Below, one piece after another: positions 1 through 13,036 of a DNA stretch of 64,000 bases. The first letter of the stretch is position 1, and each line of letters opens with the position of its first letter. The notes under the pieces are model-generated. The model had not been told where the DNA came from. It did no database searches and saw only the letters and a list, made by a program, of their open reading frames with translations. Both the position numbers and the translations under genes were made by a program. This DNA is from Massalongia carnosa (lineage: Eukaryota). Location: the NCBI GenBank assembly GCA_965645245.1, contig OZ287077.1, positions 1,054,001 to 1,118,000 on the forward strand, given 5' to 3'.

Positions 1-396
1 GTCTACTCATGGAGATAAGGTCTGTTTATTTCCGAGAGGCGTCATTGTTTGCAGCCTCTGGATCACGTTACCTAAACGCCGCCTCGGTTAACTAGCTTCG
101 GTATTACTAAGCGAACGGACTATATCTGATTGGTCAGAGGCTAAGTTTCAGCAAAACGCTGCTCTGTGAAACACATACCCGTTATGCGTGTACGATTGCT
201 TCTTGGCACGTTAGGTAACTCCTAAATGCTCAAGCCATCCCAGTTGTTCTCAACCCGATTTCTCCGAGTCCCACGCATTTGACTCATCTCCACCAAAGCT
301 GTTGGGACATCATGGACTGGAGCCTGATGTCTCGGAGCATTTCCTTACTGTTCGGCTCTGCTTGAGCTCCCTTCGTTATTGAGAATTATTGTCAAA

Positions 397-2931
397 ATGT
401 CAGAAGGTGAGCTTTGCTTTCATTGAGCCTCTCAAAATACAAATGCCCATGATTATAAATAGCATTTTGTCGATTGTGTTCTGGAACTAAATAAGTACAA
501 GGTCTACTTGCTTCCATTTCTCGAGCCCATACTGTGGGCGAGCATGGTACAGGACGCCTTCAGTCTTCCCATACCATACAGTCTTTCCCACGTCTTGAGT
601 CACCACGATCCTCTCCGCGTAGTCGCAGCAGAGCCAGCACTTTGCAAAGTGGGATCATTCCCGAAAACATGAGTCCAGAAATCAAAGCTATTCGTCAGGG
701 AGATACCGGTGAGTTACATTCCAGGGATTGTCGAAGGAGGATAGGTCTTAACAATGGCTCTGCAGAATCGACCGGCATATCCAATCCGAGATCACCTCAA
801 AGCGTTCTCGAAGGCTTCGACGAGCTTCCTATCGAACTCGTTAGCTTGACAGATCGGTACGAACACCCGCCATGCTATTTTCAACATCTACTGACACAGG
901 ACAATGAGCATTAGGTTCATTGAATCTCTTACTACTGCAAAAATACATAATACGCCTCCCTCGGCTGATAAGCTCTCGGATATCTTCCAAGAATTCTACG
1001 TAAAAGCTGCATCCCACATCTCCACCCACATAAGCGCTCTCTCCAGCCGGCAGTATCATGGGGTATCCTTGAGTCCATCGATGTCCTCAAAAACGTCAAT
1101 CTCAGCCAAAGATGCTAGAAGGCTAAGATCGACGTCTTCCAAGGACTCCGTGGAATTTCTAGAAAAACCTGCCCCTGAACAGCAGATGCTCACACCTCAA
1201 GAGATTTCAGAGCGTCGAAAGGCTCGACGTTTGCTCGAACAGAAAGGGCTGGCTTTTGAAGAAGCTATTGAAAGGAGAGTATGCGAGCGCCTCTATGATC
1301 GAATTTGGCGTCATAGGAGTACATTGGATGAAGTTAGAGATGAGAAGCTACGTTCAAGAACAGCTGCGCTTGCTCTGGTTGGAATTGGATTGGAGGATCT
1401 TGGGATTACGTTCGACAAGTCGAAGTTAAGGCCAGAGCAGCCGCACACTACGATAGAGGCTCAGGTTGAGGAATGGATATCCAAAGCAAGAGAAGGTCTG
1501 CTAAAGATGAATGATGCAAAATGCCCTTTAGGAAAACTTCAACATTTAGCCGCTACGCATAAATGTATAGTGGAATTACTCACAACTCTTCATCAGTCTT
1601 CATCATCTGCGGATGAAATATTACCCACCCTGATCTATACGCTAATAACAACCCCGCCAGAAGGTATTAATGTCATCAGCAATCTAAATTTTACTCAGCG
1701 ATTCCGAGCCGCAAGCAAGATTGACGGTGAAATGGCTTACTGTTTGACCAATCTTGAGGCTGCCATAAGCTTCCTAGAAACGGTTGACCTAGCCAGCCTT
1801 CGGTCAGACGAGCTGCTTGAGGGACCGCCGAAGTCCTGCAGCCGACCATCAACACCACGAGATGATGATCACAGAGAGTGGCCTCTTGGAACACCAACTA
1901 GCGTGGGAGGTCCTTTCAACAATACCATTACGCCAGCTACGGTAAATTTGGCTCGGTCGGATCCAGTGACAGTCTCCCATCCCTTGCAGCCCCAGGAACC
2001 CACAAAGCTGTCGTACCCTATATCTCCACCTCATTCTCGGCGATTGAGTAATCTATTTCGTCCGCCTACAAGTGCTGTCGGAGCTGCCAGTGATGCTGTT
2101 CGAACATCCGCTGATCAAGGACTCAAAAACATCGGTAATACACTAGAAAACAGTTTCCAGTTTCTATTTGGCCGTCTAAAGGAACAGAACGTCAACGGAA
2201 TTCAAGCCGATGCCGAAGGAGGTGCCATTCTCCCACGGACTTTAGATGATGCTCTTAAACTCGTTAACCCAAAGCCTGCCATTGACGAGGAAGGATCCAT
2301 CTCAGGAGCGAGCTCGCTTGCAGACCATACCGAGATTCTGCCTGACTCTCAACCAAAACTGGAAGACAGGATCCTGGGCATATTTGCTGGCCATCGCGAT
2401 AGAAGTGCAGACAGCGCTCAAAGTTCCGGCAGCGGAAAAAGAGTGGCATTTGTAGCCGAAATGGCTAAGTCGAAGGAAAAAGCAGGATCACCCACCCAAA
2501 ATCTATTGGTGACAGGAGCTTCACAGCCGGCTGCGCCAGCAAGTCAGCACGAGCACCCTCATGCGGGAAATGTGGCCGTGGAATCTATGAGGAACCTTGG
2601 CAACACCCTCAACCCTTTGAATCGTTTTGCAGGGATGAACATGATGCGTGGATTTGGCCGAAGCTCCTCGACCACGACGATTCCCGCTGTCGTCACGCCT
2701 CCTCTTCCTCTTCCTGCTGCTGTTGTTGCGGAGAGGCCAGTGCTCAGGGCATTGGACACTACGCCTGGTAATGATAAGACGATCGTTGACCCTAAAACGC
2801 AAGTGGCGCCACCAATTCAACGTTTTTTAGACGTGGTCGATGCAAGTGATCTGAGAGTTGGGGAGGTGCAGGAGTTATTAAAGGATTATCAGCGCTTAGC
2901 GAGGGAATTGCGGGAGTCGAGCTCCGACTGA
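397..2931 (+). CDS. VPS9-domain Rab5-family guanine nucleotide exchange factor (Muk1-like), about 3 exons
   Basis: The 675-aa ORF carries the VPS9 core (PLGKLQHL...SSADEILPTLIYTLI...SNLNFTQRFR...GEMAYCLTNLEAAISFLE). Intron 857-914 (GTACGA..TTAG) joins LTDR|FIESL in frame. The first exon (ATG 397, GTGAGC donor at 407) is tentative but frame-compatible. Confidence 0.85.
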
Positions 2932-4641
2932 AGGGAGTTCTTCTAGCTGTTTTGCTAGGATTTCTGGTTTTTCTTCAATGGTGTGTTAACATGGGGGGCA
3001 AATCTGGGGTAGGGAAACCGCAGCCCAAAACTATAGTCAGGAGCACAGGTACTGGGGAATTTTAGGAGCGTTATCATACCTGAGATGCCGGCGGTATAAT
3101 TTAGTGCATCTTCTCAGCAGCACAGGAGGCACGGATAACCCGACTCTTCTCCTTTTCTATTTCTTTCTATTCTCTTTATTCTCAAGAACTGTTCACATTT
3201 GCGTCAACACGTGATCAACCCTATAACCCCCCCTCCCCCTTTCCCTTTCTTCCAAGGGGTTGTTAAGGGGCGTGGTGGTTTCGACAAGGGGGAGGGGAGG
3301 GGTTGGTGGAGAGGAATATAGGGAAGGTATGTGTGTAGATCTCTCAATTAGGAAACTTCATCGGACGGCTTATTTGTTTTCTTTCTCCATTTCTCCTTTA
3401 CAAATAAGAAGTTATTCTTGTTTGCTTTTGTCATTGATCTTCTCTTCAATTTTCTAGGGCCTTTTACTTCCACTGCAGCACCACCACCACCTTCAACCTT
3501 TTCATCCCGTCCATCCAAATATCTATCTTCTTCACTTCAGTTTCCCAAACGCCCTCTCGAGTCAATCTCTAAAAGAGTGAGGTTCGTATCGAAAAAGGAA
3601 AGGAAGAAGAAGAGAGCAGAGGAGGTTTGCCTTGGAAGTAGAGCTGAAATCCTGGCGTTGCTATGATAACGGCGCATTCTTTTTATTCGGCGGAGAAATA
3701 GGTACAGACCATCAAAAGTCTTAGAAAGGGCAAATTTGCGTTTGGAGTTAGTAATATTAGAGTGATTATCTCCAAACTTATCTTTGCTACCTTCTCCCGT
3801 ACGTACTTCGGAGAGAGATAGAGGTAAAGAGGCATAAGGATAGAAATAGAGGGAGAAGTTAGGGGGTTACGTAGATAGAGAGATGGAAGAGAACAGAGAG
3901 GGAGGCAGATATGGTAATGAATATACAAGAAAATGGGAAGGTATGATAAGGAAAGGCAATGGAGAGAAACGATAAATGCAAGGAAAAACTGGGGCAGGTA
4001 CGGAGAAGCAGCGATAACTCGAAAAACCGACAAATACGGTAACAGAGGAAAGGGGGGGGTTTAAGGACAGAGAAGTATATCGTGGTGCTGTGGACTGTTA
4101 TTTCGCTACTCTGCTCGATATGATCTTCTTCGTAAAACTTCCGATTTCTCTCTTCCTCCTGTGGTTCCTTCTTCAAGATATTATCATCTATTCTACTTAA
4201 TCTTCTTTGTATTCACCTGACCTTTTTTCATGAAAATAGTCCCGAACCTGATTGTCGTTGTTTCACGTCTTTATCTTGCTCCTGAAAACTTGAGCTTGAC
4301 CTTGTTGTTGTTGTTGTTGTTGGTTGGCTTCTTGATGAAGGGGAAAAAACACGAAAATAACCGAAGCCCGCTCGATGGGATTCTTCTGTTGTGGGAAAGT
4401 TTTGATCACCTAGACAAGCGGAGAAGACGGGATTGCCCAGCAGGATATGTTTGTTGAAATTAGGAATGCGAGAAATAAGCGAAATCTGTTCGATCTGCAT
4501 CATCTAAAACCCTCCGTCCAAGAATATAAAGCCCCTAACCGGCAAGTTTCTAGCAACGAGGAAGCTCGAATGGACTGATCACAAGTACATGATTTCAGCG
4601 ACACCACACGACAGGTCACGACACCGCAAAACATCACTAGC

Positions 4642-4661
4642 GACAGACAGACAGACAGACA
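4642..4661. repeat. (GACA)n microsatellite
   Basis: gacagacagacagacagaca read directly. Confidence 0.8.
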
Positions 4662-6400
4662 GTATCTTTACGTAACCATTCCCAGCTGAACTGTTTGCTT
4701 TCTAGGTAGAAAGCTTCGAACTTTAGTTATGTGAGGCTTTTCTAGCTAGCGGCTTACACAACGCAAAGCTGATCGATTGTCTGATGGGTCTTAGCCAGAC
4801 GGTCATTGCGGGATGTTAGACTCCGCCAACATTTTTCGCGCGCGAGAGAGATAGAAAGGGGAAAGGGGAAAGATGCTCTTCTCCAAACCCGCTACCTAAT
4901 TGAGCTCCAATGACCGGACCTAGCCAGCTCCGTAGACCGGGGCTTGCTCGTTTTTGTGAGTTGCGGACTGATGATGAACAACGTGGTAGAGTATTCTCTA
5001 ATATCGAAAACCGTCTGTCTACTAGCAAACCTCATTCCCCTTGATATATTCTGCAAGGCACCCCTTCTTCTTCTTTCGAAAAGTGAGAGATGAGGAAAAA
5101 ACTGAAGCCAGGAGATGGGTGGGGGTGGGTGCCAAAAAAGGGAAAGGGAAAAAGGAAAGGAAACATAATTGAATCATAAATCACTATACATCAAAGCAAT
5201 CAGACACGGAAAGACCATGACTAAATGAGCGGATCTTAGCCGTGTGAGAGATTTAGCTCGCCCTCTCAAGAAGAGCAACAAGGCTGCGATAGAATACCCA
5301 CCATACACACGTAGCTATCCAGCAGACCTAGCCTGCCTACCAGGACCCTTTTCCTCCTTCATAAACAGGGGAAGGTTAAAGGAATGAAATATAATTCGCA
5401 TCTATCCAAACATAGCTAGTTTAAATTTGGGGTTTTCTGGATGAACAGGCTAGGATGGGTGGTGGTGGTGATGACTCGCTGGTAAGTGAAGAGGCATCTT
5501 GTTTTATTTTATTTTACAGGTAATGAGAAAGGAGATGGGAATTGATTGGAGGGGGGGGGGCGTAAAGAGAAGAGAGAAGCGTTAGGAAAGGCCGGAGAGG
5601 AGACGATGGGAAAGGGGAAGGATAGCAGATGGAAGAAGAGACGGCTGAGGAGGGGGAAAAAGACAGGATATATAAATGAAGAAGAGGGAAAGGAAAGATA
5701 CGAACCAATCAGAGTACTTACTTATTGATCCTTCACCATACTACCTACACAAAGTACTCAACGCTTATAATGATAATCCGCAAGTAAGATGGGAGGAGCA
5801 AGGACAACCATAGGGGGAAATTATAAGAAAGCCCCGTCTTGAAGCGATGATGATGAAGGTAGTGGTTTTATAGAAGCTCGGTGCGTTATTTCTTTTGCGG
5901 TAAGGATGGGGGGAATGTATGTATGGATTTTACCCGGGGTAGCTGAGAATGGTGGGAAATAGGGTTTTGGCAGGGGAAGGAGGTTGGTGATAGTAGCTCT
6001 TCTTGGTTGGGCACGGCCTTGGTTGGATAGGGGGTGGGTGCTATGGACCTGGATGGGAGTTTGTTGGGGAGGGGGTTTGTGCTGAGGGTGTCCATATTGG
6101 CTGAAAAAGGGCGTTCCTTAGTGGAGAGGATTCTGGTCTGTAAGGTGGTTGTAAGGTGAGGAGTGCATGGGGTCGTTGATGTGGTTGTAACGGAAGGTAT
6201 GAGGTGGTGGGTTTATGATTGACGGAAAGGATGAACTGGCAATGAAGACGGTGTGTATGTTTTGTATAGAGAGATGAGCATGTAGAGATGGAAAATGACA
6301 AAAAGTGTCTTGGTATAAGTGTTAGCAAGCCAAGCTAGTGTGATGGGAATAACCTCATTTCTAACAAACCTATCATCATTTGAAAACCCACACCCGCCCA

Positions 6401-6993
6401 TCACCACCAAAAAAATAGACGTCGAAATGTGGCTTTTATTTTTGACCATTTTGCAAAAAAGGTGGAACCTTCTCCAATGTAATAAGGCACGAAGCCGTTC
6501 CGAAAGGAGAAGACCTTAGTAGTCGAAATCCCTCGCTGGATTCGATCACCTTGCAATAAGGTGAAAGCGCGTTTCGAACCGGGGACATCCAGTACAATGT
6601 CCGAAGACTTGAACAGGGAGAGGTAGCCCTGCTCTTCCACACTGCACCATTGAGGGGACGGCAAAATTTTGGATGCGGAACTAATATATAAACCTCCGAG
6701 GAAATTCTTAGCGGTCGGTAGTAGCCCTATGCGGTGGCTGGTGATATGATGTGATTGCCAACACTTTGGTTCTCTATAGACCGTTTCGTCCGAGTTAACA
6801 GCTTTAATAACTCGGTCTTTGATCATGCTGTGACTTCCTTGCATAGCAATTCGAAGGTTCTTGACAGCTACGCAATGCTCGGAAGAGTTTCTTCTCTTTC
6901 TAAAAGCGATACTTCTAAGGGAACCCTGAAGGTGGGCATGCCATAGCGAAGGCCTACTTCGAGTGGCTTCTATCTCCCAAGTCTCCTCGGCCT
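6401..6993 (-). CDS. Hypothetical protein exon, possibly part of a degraded gene extending to about 7730
   Basis: The frame of ORF 6401-6844 stays open upstream to a TAG/acceptor near 6994 (about 197 codons). No family recognised. Confidence 0.25.
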
Positions 6994-8921
6994 ATAAGTC
7001 CAATATCGTCCAAGATATACTCGAAGGCCTATTCATCCTTTTTCATATCTAACGCTTACAGTCTTCTTAAATTGGGCTTTGTCACTGTCTAATCGACATG
7101 CTAGTATACGTTGGAAGCTTTCAATGATGCCCCCAGAACTAAAGATTCTTCTTCCAGTCCGATCTCTTGCTCGGGAGAACGAGTTTCTAAGCGTCGATTG
7201 ATTATCCGGTATGTGGCTCTCATTCCATGAACTTCGTGAGAAGCCGCTTTGCTTAGGAACTGAATACTATATAGACAGGGAGAACGCTTCGCAAGAATGG
7301 TGCACCAATGTTTTTTAGAGAAACCAGTGGTACCCCAGAGTAGCAAGACATACAAACTCAGCAATGGCTTGAGGAAAAATAGCTTAGGCTCGGCTGAATC
7401 GACGGTTGGAGTTGCCGCACCTCTTCGGCGGAGACATCAAGCAAAAACTCCCTGAAGTTTCGAAATCAGAACTTCCAGACGCCTTAGGGGATGGTCTAGA
7501 TTTTTCAAAGCATTGGCATCAAAAGACGAAAAACCCGTCAAAGAAAACCCAAACAAAAGACGAAAACCAAACGCAACCAGCATGATATTTGCAGCGCCAA
7601 AGCGAAACTTCCGTGTTGCCGTCTCTCGCGCTGCAGGAAATGATCTCAAAACATGGATGAAGAGGAATAGAAAGATTCGTCGCTTCGAGTTACAAATGTT
7701 GAAATCGGAAACATAAATCCCCCTCTTCAGCAATATTCATATGCACATACCTTCCTCTCAAGCTTGAATTCATCCACACGTCGAATCTAATCATCGCGTT
7801 CGACATCATCTAAAGAAAGGAAAAGAGGACAGAAACCACACCTCAAACCTTTCTCAAGAACTATAAAAGCCCCACTTCAAGCTCATTGCAAAGCAAAAAT
7901 CCAAGCAAAGTCCTCTGTCTCCCCTACTCAGAGACAAAAAGCGTCAGGAGATCAGACGGAGAAAGACTAAGAAAATGATAGTCAGCAAGGAGGTTCGGAT
8001 AAACAATGATGCATAGCTATAAACGCTTGTCTCGTGACTCTGCACATCTGAGAACCCTTATAATCTAGGTATAACAGCCTCTACACCACCAAAAAATCAT
8101 TCAACTCCATTCGTCCCCACTCTCGATAACCATCTACCAGAACCATTCTCTCAATCCATCCATTATCCTCTCCCCCCCCTAACCTCATGTAGTCTGAACT
8201 AAGAATCAATCCTCTCGATAGCTTCATAGGCCAGGACTCTCACCACCGCCCCTTGCTGGAGCTCGAGTGAGTACATGGATATCTGCGAGTGACCGCTTTT
8301 ATGGATTTCGCTGATTTCGTACCCTTCACCCCTCACCCTTCACCACCATTCTACCCTTATTCCCCACCCCCCACCAACCTAAACATCTGAAGCTACAGAA
8401 GCCACAGCGGCCCCCACCGCTACCCTAGCTAGGTAGGTACCAGTACCGATCACTTCTGCCATTCCCGTGCTAGGCTCCGACGGGCGGTCCATACCTGCCA
8501 CGGCATTGAGCGATGTGGCCAAGCTAGTGCTGTTGATGTAACCTGCGTTGCTAGGTAGGGGCTTTGGGCCTGCATAGCTGTGGGGCCCATCTAGAGGGTG
8601 AGGGTGAATAATGGGTGGAGGAAGGATGAATTAAGGGAGACGAATGTAGTTGCTTTACTGTATTTATCTCCATTAGCTACCCATATTCGTAACCCTCAAT
8701 ACCTACGTCTTACCACAGCTACAGCGATAGAGCATTTTAATGTGATAGCAAATATGCTGAAATGATGAAATTGCGCCATGAGTAGAAAATAAGTGTATCT
8801 TTCACCACCAGAAACCATCAGTGTTCATTCAGCGTCCAAAGCCTTCAACTAAGCGTCTCAAGAAAGCTCCACCCATATTTCCCCTTCAGCCCCGGTATCC
8901 CGTTTCTTTTAGGCGCCCTAC

Positions 8922-9297
8922 TTAACACCCCAATGTCTCCGTCGCCACTACCGACGTCGTGAATATTTGAGCCTCGCAAGGAGAGTAGCACGGGAACTGG
9001 AACGTTTCGATTGGAATTTCCTTCGGGCAGCACACCCCGGGGCATCCGACTGTAGTCGTCACCGGTCGAGTGAAAAACGGTTGGGCGCAAGCCACAGTTT
9101 TGTGGCCGATGCAATATGGAAAATTAGTGATGGTTATGGTGGGGCAAGGCACAGGGGCCTGGGTCGTAAGGGTGGCGATGGTGGTGTACGTTGATGTGGC
9201 GACGGTGGTGTACGTTGATGTGGTGAAGGGGCAGATTATGATGGGGGGCTTGGTAACAATAGGAATAGGGAGTGGATCGGAGAGGGCGGGAATGATG
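8922..9297 (-). CDS. Small Cys/Thr/Pro-rich protein, terminal exon (5' exon not resolved)
   Basis: After a GCTGAC branch site and CACAG acceptor the frame reads IIPALSDPLPIPIVTKPPIIICPFTTSTYTTVATSTYTTIA...PCPT...GCPGVCCPKE...PCYSPC...TLGC*, with 10 Cys. Confidence 0.45.
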
Positions 9298-11966
9298 CTG
9301 TGCGTTGGATGGTCAGCTGGCTTGAGGGATGAAGTTAGACGTGTGGGAATGGGAAGTTATGGCGAGCGACGAGGCAAGATGCAGCATTGGAGGGGGAAAT
9401 TAGATCAGCTAAAAGAGCTACAGAGTTGGTGGCAAGGGCACAAAGACCAAGAGATGGACTCGAGCCGGGCAAGGAAATGATGTTTAATATTGAAATTCTC
9501 CATGAAGTTAAGACTTGCGAGTATAACAAGTGACATGTAGGTGTGCAAGAAAACACGAGACAGCTTACAACAGGCCCAAAAGTAGAGCCGAAAGAAGTTT
9601 GATAGCTGCCAACATAATGAACCGTTGATCGATGTAGCAGCTGTGACAGGTTTGTACAATAAGGGCTGGCAGAAAACTCTTTGATGGAAAGAAAAACAAG
9701 ATGAGGAACAGATACCAGCCAGGAAATAACTCCAGTTTATATAGGCCTGGCCATTGAGGGGTCTCAATCGAAGCTCGTTTTTTGTCAGATGCCTCCCCTG
9801 GCCGGAAAAAATACAAACATGCGCTACGAGAGTGATTCTAAGTGACTGGCGTGAAGCTAGATGCAAGACATAGAGCTATAGGCGAAGTATTTAAAAAATG
9901 AGCTTTCCCCATTGGTATCTGGGTGTCACCAAAATGGACAGAAGTGCAGGTAGGATGGATGGCTCTCATCGACGCCAATAGCTAGGGGGCAAAGAAAACC
10001 TCGGGTGCTAAGCAACAGGTGTGGTAACGGTAAACGGGCGATCAAGAACGGACCCCAAAGCTTGTCTGTGGAAATAAATCAGACTTTCCGATGGCTGGAG
10101 GTCTCTGGAGAGGTCTCAACAAGATGCTCGTGTATCGGACGAATAACTTAGAATGGTTGAGTTCATAGCCAACCCTCCTGTCCGCTTGGGCGACGGGCGG
10201 ATAGAACCATTACCTATTCGCCATTCTCCACTGTCTCTTCTTCAACGGGTATCCTTGATTCGTTAAATCGATGCCTTTCCAGTATAGTCATGATGTAGCC
10301 ACACCTTTGCTAGCAGATACAACACACTGATAATTTTGGTTACACAGTTCAAGCAAAATATGTTCGGAGAGGCAGTTAAGGTCTCTCCTGAAGAGATGCA
10401 TTGACGAAAAGCACAGACCACTTCAGCTCACACATCTTTCGTCCTTTTAAGTTAGTCTCCCTTGATTTTGTTTTCCTTTCTCCCTTCAGCCTACCATCTA
10501 GGTGGGATCATCATCCTACATCTGACTTGAGCAGTCTCGGATGAGAGTCCAAGGCATGATCCATAGCATGTATGCTGGGTGCAGAAGCTCTAACCTGCTC
10601 CGAGCGAAATGTTTCCAACTAGCTCATGAAGTGAGTCCGATTTCTGCTTGCTTAGAGAGTTGGTGGACACTCAGTGTTGAGGTGCTTGTTTAGAATGTTC
10701 ATCAGAATTCGTTTTAGTTTTCTGCAATCGATCATCTAAGTCTTTCAATTCAGCTCGTCAGTGCAGTCATAATACAGCATGGATTTCATACTTTCATTGA
10801 TCCCACATCATTGGCCTGCGATCCGGTGAACATGCTGGATGTTGAATAACTAGTACTTGACAGATATTGTTTTATGCAATTGGCTCAATCATCGGGTCCT
10901 ATTGAGTACCTTGCATACTCTCTAGTCAATCGTTCAGTGCAAGATGTCCCATCCTGGCGATAATTTTAGTAAAATATATGTATGCCCTATTCTCTTTGTC
11001 ATTGTCATTTGGATGTCTGCTTTTTTAAAGCTTATAGAAAGAAAATCTGAGGACAGAAGGGAGACGTACAGAATGGGTCATCCGTTGTAGACTTTATGAA
11101 GGTGTTAGCGTTGAAACCTGAATTTACAGGGTACTTTTCTTAGTGATGTCATCTGGCCATTCTAGTTTCTTGAGTTTGTTCAGAGTGGCTGGGGCGCTTT
11201 TGTTCTATGAGCCACGAAGAAAGGAAACTGCTTGTACCCTGTGTCTATGCCTGCAGGAGCTGTTCGTATGCGTTGGTGTTGGTGAAGGAGGTACCCCGCC
11301 ACTGACATTGTGAGATCCCAATGACACACACCATTCAATACTCACCTACGGGGGAAGGATAGTCGTCGAAGCTAAACCCCCCCCCCCCCAACAATCGATT
11401 CTTGGCAAAATCCAGAAAGATCGCTAGAAGCTTCGTGGAGATGACAGCCTCAAAAGCTATGCCTTCAATGAGGTACAGATTGAAGAGAGGCCATAGAGCG
11501 ACTACCAACCCGCAACTGACTGCTCAACATCGTCATGGGAAAGCTTTGAAAACTCAATCCGGTGATGTCCATAAACACCCATTTAGCATTTCTTCGGATA
11601 GCTGTTTTAGGCATCCATTATATTCTCACACCCAGCAAGTTGAGTCCAATCCATATAAGTTCGTGTCGCCTTATGGCCAGTAGATTTTTATGCTATATCA
11701 GGACTCTTATGCCATTGTTCAGTTCATCATCAAACTCATTTCCTCCTTGTCATCCCTTTTTTATGTTATCTGGTTGAGCCTAGTAAATTCATTTACGGTT
11801 CGAGCAAGCACGCGTTGCGTCTCCGATGATTAAACTGCATCTATAACATTTGTGTCGATTTCAAGCCAGTTTTTGCAACGCGCAATGAAGACTGTAAGAT
11901 GACCGCAAGACGTGTGGCACAAAGGTCTTCGCCCCATTTCCATCTTGAATTCCAAGATATCTAATC

Positions 11967-12225
11967 TGACGTCATTCTACTTTCATTCTTGGAGTCAGTA
12001 AAAGCACCCGGTTTATGAACCTGCTCAATTGCCTTTCGAGCTCAAACCGCTCGCACATGAACCCCTCACCGACAAAACATCCAGCAATTGGCGCACGTGT
12101 TTGCAGCAAAATCAAGGCTTATAGATCATGCGTATCATCATGATTGCGTACATGAGCAGATGATGCGGCTGTAGTCGATCAAATCCAGAGACCGGCCTGG
12201 TGGGGGGATTTTGCTGTTGACGTCA
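11967..12225. promoter_or_regulatory. Two perfect CRE/ATF sites (TGACGTCA at 11967-11974 and 12218-12225) upstream of the LEA-like gene
   Basis: Motifs read directly. TGACGTCA is the established Atf1/AtfA-type bZIP site; function here is inferred. Confidence 0.5.
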
Positions 12226-12451
12226 ATGTTGAGACCCCTCATTCCAATCACGACATAAAATTTTCGAGCTCCCTTTATCTTCTCATTCAACTTCAATCTG
12301 ATATTGTGGAATTTCAATAAATCTACTTTGCCTGTACAATACCTCTCTCGAACTCATTTTGCAAACGACTTTCCAAAAACCATGTTCGTGGTCCTTAAGA
12401 TCTGAGCTGTCGTATTGTTAACATTGCCATCAGCTCTCATACATAATCGCA

Positions 12452-13036
12452 ATGTCTGAAGCAGCAGGTGGTATGCTCCCATTTCGCCTTCACTCAATCC
12501 AGAAAACCTGTTTCAGGCTATTTTCTCTCCATGCTCACCGAAGCCATTTTCTTCTTAATATCATGCAACAATTTGCCATGCCTAAGCTTCCATTCCAGAT
12601 CCAACTTCAGACACAGCTGACACGTATCCAAAACTAACAAAGGCTTATTTGGAGGCGTCACTAAAACGGCTGGCGATGTTATTGGCGGCGTGGCTAACAC
12701 GGCCGGCAGCACTGGTTAGCCTGTCTCTTTCGCCATCCTTACCCTCGCCCCGCTCTTGCGATCTCTCACGGTTCCAAATCTGACAAATAGGGTCAGTTAC
12801 TGGACTTACGGACACGGCTGGAGGTGCTGGTATACGGCCTCTTCCTCTCTCTTGCCCCCTTGGTTTTTAGTAGCAAACTAAAATTTTTTACGAAAACACC
12901 CGCAGTCAAGAATGTAGGGCAGACTGTGGGAGACAGTACCAAAGGTGTCGGCAAGGCTGCCAACGACACCACTGATTCCGCGTCCGAATATATAGGCGGG
13001 AAGAAGCAAACAGGGGACAATCCATTGGGGCTCTGA
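12452..13036 (+). CDS. 84-aa Gly/Thr/Ala-rich LEA/hydrophilin-like protein with 11-mer repeats; exons 12452-12470, 12643-12714, 12797-12829, 12906-13036
   Basis: Three GT-AG phase-1 introns splice in frame to MSEAAGGLFGGVTKTAGDVIGGVANTAGSTVTGLTDTAGGAVKNVGQTVGDSTKGVGKAANDTTDSASEYIGGKKQTGDNPLGL*. Confidence 0.75.

Noticed and set aside
3260..6350. Numerous short hydrophobic or low-complexity ORFs
   Set aside because: They arise from purine/pyrimidine-biased intergenic sequence, and no coherent gene model or family motif was found.
6490..6640. Cluster of short hairpins with GAAA/GCAA loops suggesting a structured ncRNA
   Set aside because: No conserved motifs of RNase P/MRP, telomerase RNA or group I introns were recognised; the stems are short enough to be chance.
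6775..6830. Possible hammerhead ribozyme on the minus strand (stem CCGAGTTA/TAACTCGG followed by GAAAC)
   Set aside because: The required CUGAnGA core is missing, and the segment lies inside an open reading frame.
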